A DNA stretch of 29,907 nt from a virus (Duplodnaviria; Caudoviricetes), in IMG/VR virus record IMGVR_UViG_3300006169_000025, positions 1 to 29,907 of that record; one strand, written 5' to 3'. The notes under the pieces were generated by a model. The model made no database searches, was not told the DNA's origin, and worked only from the letters and a program-made list of their open reading frames with translations. Shown here piece by piece: positions 23,862-29,907 of this stretch. How positions within the stretch are numbered: position 1 is the first letter of the stretch; each line of letters opens with the position of its first letter. The translations under genes and the position numbers were made by a program.

Positions 23862-24227
23862 TCAGGCTCCTCGAATGCGGGACAGGATGCGGACGACGTG
23901 CCGGCGGAAGGCGTCCACCCACCGGGGCTCGGTGGCGTTGCGGGCGTCCGTCATGACCGGACGGGCGGGGATGTTGCGGGCCGGGACACCGGAATGGACC
24001 GGCCACGCGTGGGTGACGGTCGAGGACCCGGCGGACACCACCGGGCCTCGCGCGTCCACCGTCGAGGCGAGGGCGCCGGTCCGTCGCGGGGCCCGGAACC
24101 GGGCGTCTCCGGCGACGATCTGTGCGGCGTCGTCGTCCGCACCGTCCACGCCGTCCGCCAGGGCATCGGCGGCGGCGCGCATGGTGCGGGCGGCGGTGCT
24201 CGCGCCCACGACCTCGACGTCGGTCAC
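23862..24227 (-). CDS. HK97 gp10-like tail completion protein (121 aa)
   Basis: APRRTGALAST and NIPARP motifs; GTGA overlap. Confidence 0.7.
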   Translation of the reverse strand: MTDVEVVGASTAARTMRAAADALADGVDGADDDAAQIVAGDARFRAPRRTGALASTVDARGPVVSAGSSTVTHAWPVHSGVPARNIPARPVMTDARNATEPRWVDAFRRHVVRILSRIRGA

Positions 24228-24703
24228 GGTGCGGGTTCCTCGCCGATCGCGGGCTCGGCGGCGGCGTGGACCGGGACGTAGTCGGCGGGGACGTTCTCGA
24301 TCTGCGGCTCGCCGACGTAGGACCACTCGAAATCGGACGTCGCGGAGGTCTTCACGTCCCCGCCGAAATCGAGCGGCTTGACGGTGACCCGGCCCGTGAC
24401 CATCTTCCCGGCGGCGTCGGAGGGAACGAACCGGGAGAAGAACGTGCGGCCCTTGTTCTCCCACGTCCACGGCAGGAGGATCGCCGGGTCCTGGTACATG
24501 CTCCCCGCGATCGTCGCGGACCACGTGGTGTCGCCGGGCTCCTCCTCACCACAGAGGACGTCGATGGGGTCGCCGGTCTCGTCGCTCCACGCGACCGTGG
24601 TGGCGGTGAGTTGGCAGGAGAAATCGGTCGGGGTGCCGGTCGCGTCGGCCCCGTCGTAGAGGGTGAACCGGCCGGGTCCGACCTTCATCTTGGAGAGCGG
24701 CAT
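24224..24703 (-). CDS. Major tail protein (159 aa)
   Basis: DFSCQLT...VLCGE...FVPS...DFGGDV...SDFEW; synteny. Confidence 0.8.
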   Translation of the reverse strand: MPLSKMKVGPGRFTLYDGADATGTPTDFSCQLTATTVAWSDETGDPIDVLCGEEEPGDTTWSATIAGSMYQDPAILLPWTWENKGRTFFSRFVPSDAAGKMVTGRVTVKPLDFGGDVKTSATSDFEWSYVGEPQIENVPADYVPVHAAAEPAIGEEPAP

Positions 24704-24734
24704 GGGAGGGGTTCCTTCCGGGCTGGTCGGTGGC

Positions 24735-25109
24735 TTACTGGTCTGTGTCGGGGGTGATCCGCACCCGGATCGCCGGGACGGTGTCGGCGTTGCTGCTGGT
24801 GCGGAGTTGGATCACGTCGGCGGGCTGGGTCCACTCGCCGACCTCTTCGAGGGCGTCCACGAGGTGTTCGATCACGGCCTCGGCGGTGTCGGCCGCCGAA
24901 CTGGCGTAGGTGCCGGGCAGGACGACGAACACGTCGTAGGCGCGGGCGAACGGGGCGGTGAGGGTCCCGTCGCGTGCGATGGAACGGAGCGCGGGCCACG
25001 CGGCGCCCGGGTGGGGCGTGTCGGGCTGGGCGGCGTACGCCGTGACCGTCAGACCCCCGACGGTGCCGAGACCGTCGAGGAGGGCGGTGATCTGCTCGCG
25101 GGGAGTCAC
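24735..25109 (-). CDS. Putative tail terminator (124 aa)
   Basis: Size and position between adaptor and major tail protein. Confidence 0.55.
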   Translation of the reverse strand: MTPREQITALLDGLGTVGGLTVTAYAAQPDTPHPGAAWPALRSIARDGTLTAPFARAYDVFVVLPGTYASSAADTAEAVIEHLVDALEEVGEWTQPADVIQLRTSSNADTVPAIRVRITPDTDQ

Positions 25110-25495
25110 CCGAACACCACCCGCCGGTAGCGGCCCTCTAGTTCCTCGATCAGGACGTCATAGGCCGGAATCTTCGCCGGGCCGTACTCGCTCGCCTGGT
25201 CGATGTACCCGAGGGGCAGGTTCCGGGCCGCGATGGACCGCTGCACCCGGCGGAGGACGGCCTCCACGAGCGCGGGCGGCCACCCGGTGGGTGCCGGGTC
25301 CCCGGTCTCACCACGAGGGACCCGGCACGCTTCCGCTACCACCCCCACGGCCGCGGAGAACATGCGGCCGAGGTCTTCGTCCGGCAGATAGGAGGCGGGC
25401 ACGTTGACCCACTTCCGCACGGCTGCCAGGTCGGGCAGGTTGGCCACCGTGACCGCGGTCAGGTCGGCGGGCTGCTCGGCAGGCTGCTCGGCCAC
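25106..25495 (-). CDS. Head-to-tail adaptor (129 aa)
   Basis: PPALVEAVLRRVQR...RNLPLG...DVLIEELEGRYR gp6-like pattern; synteny. Confidence 0.7.
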   Translation of the reverse strand: MAEQPAEQPADLTAVTVANLPDLAAVRKWVNVPASYLPDEDLGRMFSAAVGVVAEACRVPRGETGDPAPTGWPPALVEAVLRRVQRSIAARNLPLGYIDQASEYGPAKIPAYDVLIEELEGRYRRVVFG

Positions 25496-25498
25496 GGC

Positions 25499-25795
25499 TC
25501 ACGCCTCCGGCGACGTCGCGCCGAGGTCTTCGAGGTCGGCCAGGAGCGTCGTACGCGGCGAGGTCTTCGCCGCCTCGACGTCGTACGCCTCCTGCGCCCG
25601 GGCCGGGTCTTCCCCGACCCACGCCAGAACCTCGGCGATCGTGCCGTCGGGGACGACGTCGCCGTCGCCCGGGTCGGGCTGCTCCGGCTCGGCGGCCGGG
25701 GCCGCGATCGCGCCCGGTGCGGACACGATCGCGGCTACCCGGTCGTGCAACCGGCAGACCCGGCACGCCTCACCGGTGTGGTAGTGCCGCCACAT
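25499..25795 (-). CDS. Small protein after capsid gene with C-terminal helical domain (98 aa)
   Basis: GTIAEVLAWVG...E...RTTLL pattern; AAGGGAG Shine-Dalgarno. Confidence 0.65.
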   Translation of the reverse strand: MWRHYHTGEACRVCRLHDRVAAIVSAPGAIAAPAAEPEQPDPGDGDVVPDGTIAEVLAWVGEDPARAQEAYDVEAAKTSPRTTLLADLEDLGATSPEA

Positions 25796-25824
25796 GATCG
25801 GCTCCCTTAGACGTCGCCGTCAGG

Positions 25825-27111
25825 TCACGCGGCCGGGGCGGCCGTGGTGACCCTCGCGAACGCCGTCGAGTCGAGGAACCCGGCCGCGGCGTAACCGCCG
25901 TAGGCGACCTCGACGCCGAGGACCCGCGGCTCCACGCTGGAGAGGATGCCGATCCGCTCCTCGTAGAACTCGTAGAAGTTGGTCCGGCCCACGATCAGGG
26001 ACCCGGCCGGGAGGCCGGGGACCATGGTCCTCGGAATGTCGAGGATGGACCCGCCGAACGTGGTCGGCGAGGACTCGCCCGGCGAGGAGGAGCCCTGCAC
26101 GAGCGCCCGGACGGAGTCGATCGCGGCGCCGAGGGTGGCCCACTGGTCAATGCTCACCCAGATGTGGTTGGGCAGGCGGAGCGCGCTCGCGCGCTTCGTG
26201 CCGTTGGCGCCACCACGGACCGCGAGCGCGGCCGCCTCATACAGGGCCGCGATCAGGGACTCCAGCGACGAGTCGGCCGCCTGGACGGTCTCGGTCACCC
26301 CGGCGGCGAACTCGCGGGCGGCGAAATCGTCGGTGTCGGCGCCGTACTCCAGCCCGAGGTCGTTGATCAGGGCGTCCCACGCGCTGGGGCTGGTCCAGTC
26401 AATGTCCTGCCGAGACACGTTGAGCCAGCCGCCGAACGTGTCCTTGGTGAACGGGATTCCCTCGACCTTGAACTGCCGGTTGGCGAGTTCGGCCTTCTCG
26501 GCGGCCTGCTGCCCGACCTGGGTGTGCTGGGTGACGTGCGGCCGGGTGAAGACCTTCCCGGGGATGGAGGCCATGTCCTTTGCGCCGACCGACTGCACGA
26601 ACGGGCGGGACCCGTCGAGGTCGGTCAGAATCTCGCCGACGATCGGCTGGGGCATGAGGCCGGGCGTCTCGTCGGTCGTGACGTGGGGGGCCTCGGCGCG
26701 GGTCTCCATCGCGGCCGCGACACGCTGCTGGGCCTCGGGGTCCGGGGCGGCCTTCGCGCCCTCGTAGCCGCGGGCCCGGATCAGGTCCACCACGAACGCG
26801 CCCGCGGACCGGTACTGGACCGGGCGGGGCCGTACGTCGAGGGCCTGTCGGCCGCGCTGGTCGCCGCCGCCCTGGTGCTGGTGCTCGGGAGCCGCCGGGA
26901 TGCGCTCGCGGTGCGCCGTGCGGCGCTGCTCGAACTTCTCCAGCGGCTCGATCTGCTTGTCGATTTCGGCGATTCGGGCCTCGGCCGCTTCGAGGTTCTT
27001 CCGCTCGGCGTCAACGAGGTCCCGCTCCTCCTCTTCGACCTGGGCGAGGAGGCTGTCGATGAACTGCGACTGCTCGTCGCGCTCGTCGTAGAGCCGGGTG
27101 AGGGTCTTCAT
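25825..27111 (-). CDS. Major capsid protein, HK97 fold with N-terminal scaffold (delta) domain (428 aa)
   Basis: Coiled-coil N-terminus then GLMPQPIVG...AEKAE...KDTFGGWLNVSRQDIDWTSP; downstream of prohead protease. Confidence 0.9.
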   Translation of the reverse strand: MKTLTRLYDERDEQSQFIDSLLAQVEEEERDLVDAERKNLEAAEARIAEIDKQIEPLEKFEQRRTAHRERIPAAPEHQHQGGGDQRGRQALDVRPRPVQYRSAGAFVVDLIRARGYEGAKAAPDPEAQQRVAAAMETRAEAPHVTTDETPGLMPQPIVGEILTDLDGSRPFVQSVGAKDMASIPGKVFTRPHVTQHTQVGQQAAEKAELANRQFKVEGIPFTKDTFGGWLNVSRQDIDWTSPSAWDALINDLGLEYGADTDDFAAREFAAGVTETVQAADSSLESLIAALYEAAALAVRGGANGTKRASALRLPNHIWVSIDQWATLGAAIDSVRALVQGSSSPGESSPTTFGGSILDIPRTMVPGLPAGSLIVGRTNFYEFYEERIGILSSVEPRVLGVEVAYGGYAAAGFLDSTAFARVTTAAPAA

Positions 27112-27263
27112 GGGGTCCACCTGTTCGGGGTCGCGTGATCGGCGTCCCCTAGTGGTGGCCTCGCGCCCTGCCAAGTGGTGTCACGGTGGGTCCGGCTTGG
27201 CGGCGTCTGCTCCGGCTAGGAGTAGTTACAACCGTGAGAGTAACCCGGGGTCGGTGGGAGTCG

Positions 27264-27773
27264 TCAACGGCCGAACAGGCCGCCGAGGGTTCCGCCGACG
27301 TCCTCGACGGTGTCCTCGACGGTGTCGGTGACCTCGTCTACGACGTCGTCCACGACCTCGCCCACGGTGCCGCCGGTGGTGTCGGTGGTGGTGTCGGTGG
27401 CCGTGTCCGTGGTGGTGTCCTCCGCGGCCGGGTCGGTGGCCGTGGGGTCTTCGGTGGGCTCCTCGGGAGTCGGCTCCGGCGCGGGCTCGGTCGGCTCGGG
27501 GGCCACCTCCCCGGCGTCCTCGACCGGCGGCACCGGCGGCACGACAGGACCGCCCGCCTCCACCCTCGCCCGGGTCTCCTGGAGGAGCCCGTCGAACTCC
27601 TCCGGCGTGAGCGTCGCGACCCCCTGCCACCGCACCACCACGAGCGTCGCGCCGCCCTGCCACTCCGCCGTGATCCCGTCGGAAACCTGCCCCGGGTCGA
27701 GGCCGAGGTGAGCGATCAACCGGTCCTGGAACGCGTCGGCCTCGTCGCGCGTGAACCGCTGGAGAATCCTCAC
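27264..27773 (-). CDS. Acidic Pro/Thr/Asp-rich hypothetical protein (169 aa)
   Basis: GTGA-coupled to the upstream gene; low-complexity C-terminal half. Confidence 0.6.
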   Translation of the reverse strand: MRILQRFTRDEADAFQDRLIAHLGLDPGQVSDGITAEWQGGATLVVVRWQGVATLTPEEFDGLLQETRARVEAGGPVVPPVPPVEDAGEVAPEPTEPAPEPTPEEPTEDPTATDPAAEDTTTDTATDTTTDTTGGTVGEVVDDVVDEVTDTVEDTVEDVGGTLGGLFGR

Positions 27774-27931
27774 GAGCCGTCACTCCCGATGATCGCGGCG
27801 GCCAGCACCTCACCGACGAGGGTCAACGCCTGGTCCTCGGTGAACCCTTCGCCGGTGAGCGCGACGAACATTTGACGGTGAAAGTTGGCCCACTGCCGGA
27901 GGTCGCTGCTCGGCTCCACAAACGGCTTCAC
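27770..27931 (-). CDS. Small hypothetical protein (53 aa)
   Basis: MKPFVEPSSDLRQWA...GFTEDQALTLV; GTGA overlaps at both ends. Confidence 0.6.
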   Translation of the reverse strand: MKPFVEPSSDLRQWANFHRQMFVALTGEGFTEDQALTLVGEVLAAAIIGSDGS

Positions 27932-28599
27932 CGGCGCCGACCCCCGGCCCGGATCGCCTCGGACTTCCGCTGCCAGTGCTGGAGTTCCGCCGACCGGCGC
28001 GGCCGCCCCTCCTGGGTCCGCTGCCGCTGCGCGCTGCGGACCATCGCGACCTGGGCGCCCGCGTACGCCGGGGTCGGGGTGAGGCTCACTTCGAGGAGCC
28101 GGGCCTCGCGCCACACGAGCCCGGGCCGCTCCAGCCGCCACCACTCGTCGGCCTCGACCTCCTCGCCGGTCGCGGCGTCCACCCGCACGACGGCGTCCTT
28201 GCGGTTGACCTCCGCGAACCCGACCGACATGCCGGTGAGCATCTTCCCGTCGGCCTTCCGGGCGGCGGTCTGCGCGAGGTCGTCGTCGGGGTCGATGTCC
28301 CACTCCCCGACGAGGGCCTCGTCGGTCTCCTCCCACTTGCGCGACACCCCGACGGGGAAGGTCCGGTTGTCGTGCCACAGGAGCAACGGGAGCCGGGACG
28401 CCGCCTCCCGGATGGACTTCCGGAACGTGCCCCGGACCATCTTCTCCTCGAACCACCCCACGCTCGTCCACGTCTCGTAGGGGACCGCGATCCCGCGGAG
28501 GGTGGTGAACGGCGCGTCCGGGTCGCCGTCGGCGTGATCGGCTCGGAGTTCGAGCGCGGGGAACGTGCGGACCTCGTCGCCGCTCAGTGAAACCGTCAT
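27928..28599 (-). CDS. HK97-family prohead protease (223 aa)
   Basis: GIAVPY, LLLWHD, GMSVGF, LLEVSLTPTPAY. Confidence 0.92.
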   Translation of the reverse strand: MTVSLSGDEVRTFPALELRADHADGDPDAPFTTLRGIAVPYETWTSVGWFEEKMVRGTFRKSIREAASRLPLLLWHDNRTFPVGVSRKWEETDEALVGEWDIDPDDDLAQTAARKADGKMLTGMSVGFAEVNRKDAVVRVDAATGEEVEADEWWRLERPGLVWREARLLEVSLTPTPAYAGAQVAMVRSAQRQRTQEGRPRRSAELQHWQRKSEAIRAGGRRR

Positions 28600-28602
28600 G
28601 GC

Positions 28603-29766
28603 TTAGACCTCCTCGGTCTCGGTGGTGCTGGTGTCGGGGTCGGTGACGGTGGCGACCGGGCTGGTCGTCGTGGCACCGCCAGGAGTGGGAGCGAGGCCGA
28701 GGTAGACCCGGGCCTCCTCGCGGGTCATGAGTTTGGCCTCGACGGCGGTCTTCGCGGTGTTGACCATGGTCTGCATGTCGTCGCCGAGCACCACCCGCCG
28801 GTCGTGCCGGACGCGCTGCCCGCGCGGGAGCCACGCCGCCGACCACACGTCCTCGAACACGGCGAGGTCGGGCTCCAACGTCTGCCGGATCAGGTTGAGG
28901 TACATGGGCCCCGGGGTCCGGTAGGTCATGGACCCCGCCGGAGCGCCGAGCCAGTAGCCGTCGAGGTTGAACATGTTCCCGACGTCGGTGAGGGACAACT
29001 GCCGCGCCTCGACCAACTGCGAATCCGACGGCGACCACGCCAGGGGGATGATCTGCGACCCCGCCGGGAGGATCGCGGGCTCCCGATCCGGGCCGGAGAA
29101 CTTCTCCAGCCAGTCGGCCTTGCCCTGGTCGGCCTCGGTCTGCGACAGGCGCGGGTTCGGCGCGATGATCGCCACCGACGGCACCGCGGAGGTGTTGAGG
29201 ACGTCGGCCTCGTGGCGGTGCTGGTCGCGGACCTTGCCGAGCGCGTCGAGGTGCTGCTCCACCACCCCCACCCCACGGCCCGGGTTGCCCCGATCCGCGC
29301 CGCGCTTGACGTGGATCACGTCGCCGCGCCGGAGCCGCACCCCGCCGACCCAATAGTCCACGACCTGCGTCGTCGGGTCGCGGGTGATCGTGACCCACGC
29401 CGCCGGGAGCCACACCACCGTCGCGGGCCACCCCGTGGCGTCCCGCGTCGTCACGTAGTGGACCGCGTTCCCGTTGAGGAGGAAGTCCTCCCACTGCACC
29501 CCCACGAACCACGCCCGCGACTCGTCCGGGTCCGGCTGCTCCAACAGGCGCGGCCGCGGCAACGGCTGGACACCCCGGTAGGCGTCCAACGGCATCTGCT
29601 TGGCCTGCCCCGCGATCAGAGACACCGCCCGCGCCACGCCCGGGAGAGCCTTCGCGGTCTCGGTGGTGATCGGGCCACGCCACGACCGACCCCACCCCGC
29701 GGCACCCGGCCACGTCGAGGGGTCGGACGGTGTCACGAGCGAGGGGAACAACTGCTGCACGGTCAC
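28603..29766 (-). CDS. HK97-family portal protein (387 aa)
   Basis: LPGVARAVSLIA, LLNGNA, DVIHVK, SPSDSQLVEARQ, MTREEAR; follows terL. Confidence 0.92.
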   Translation of the reverse strand: MTVQQLFPSLVTPSDPSTWPGAAGWGRSWRGPITTETAKALPGVARAVSLIAGQAKQMPLDAYRGVQPLPRPRLLEQPDPDESRAWFVGVQWEDFLLNGNAVHYVTTRDATGWPATVVWLPAAWVTITRDPTTQVVDYWVGGVRLRRGDVIHVKRGADRGNPGRGVGVVEQHLDALGKVRDQHRHEADVLNTSAVPSVAIIAPNPRLSQTEADQGKADWLEKFSGPDREPAILPAGSQIIPLAWSPSDSQLVEARQLSLTDVGNMFNLDGYWLGAPAGSMTYRTPGPMYLNLIRQTLEPDLAVFEDVWSAAWLPRGQRVRHDRRVVLGDDMQTMVNTAKTAVEAKLMTREEARVYLGLAPTPGGATTTSPVATVTDPDTSTTETEEV

Positions 29767-29775
29767 AGGACTCTC

Positions 29776-29907
29776 CTAGGCGATTCGGAACGTAGGGGCG
29801 GCGGGCTTGGCGTGGTCGAACGCCCACCCCGCGAGGGTGTGCGACACGAGGACGGTGATCGGCTCCTCGCCGCGCTGGTCCCACCGGAACCCGCCCGGCA
29901 GACGACG
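29776..29907 (-). CDS. terL: Terminase large subunit, C-terminal end
   Basis: Same frame continues through the duplicated end as ...LAGWAFDHAKPAAPTFRIA* with TAG at 29776-29778, just upstream of the portal start; full protein about 509 aa. Confidence 0.85.
   Translation of the reverse strand, partial: RRLPGGFRWDQRGEEPITVLVSHTLAGWAFDHAKPAAPTFRIA
29821..29907. repeat. Second copy of the 87-nt end repeat
   Basis: Identical to 1-87. Confidence 0.97.

Larger units (their letters stand above)
1..29907. mobile_element. Complete temperate siphovirus genome (circular form), actinobacterial host
   Basis: Full head/tail/lysis/integration/early modules, intact attP, no host genes, very high GC. Confidence 0.93.

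Noticed and set aside
133-28590. Many long plus-strand and alternative-frame ORFs (e.g. 6652-8175, 12940-14253, 18872-20047, 26164-27138)
   Set aside because: Arg/Gly/Pro-rich shadow frames of real minus-strand genes, expected at this GC content.
5439-29136. Partial linker matches at 5439, 16267, 24735 (DTDQ-TAA) and 29125
   Set aside because: They lack the GTGA stop/start overlap and are mostly gene-internal; they show the core can arise from codon bias, so they were not counted.

Overview
The window is an apparently complete, circular ~29,820-bp genome of a temperate siphovirus (HK97-type head) infecting a high-GC actinobacterium; the last 87 nt duplicate the first 87 nt. Nearly all genes are on the minus strand. 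In transcription order: small terminase, large terminase (crosses the window join), portal, prohead protease, major capsid, head-tail and tail genes (frameshifted tail assembly chaperone, tape measure, minor tail proteins), lysis genes, an EEP-family phosphodiesterase, attP (3' half of a tRNA-Val(GAC)), tyrosine integrase, one plus-strand putative repressor, then an early operon (Xis-like and MerR-like HTH proteins, PD-(D/E)XK exonuclease, RecT-like annealase, many tiny ORFs, RusA, short replication-initiator-like protein, iteron-like repeats plus DnaA box, HNH nuclease). The most striking unexplained feature is at 4.1-9.0 kb: 12 of 17 consecutive gene junctions carry the same linker (minus strand ~GAGGAGGSCGACCAGTGA), which supplies a Shine-Dalgarno, a C-terminal -DQ* tail and an overlapping GTGA start/stop, so the accessory genes look like standardized cassettes. 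All product calls come from motif recognition and synteny by eye, not database searches; many start codons were re-called from the ORF track using start/stop overlaps.
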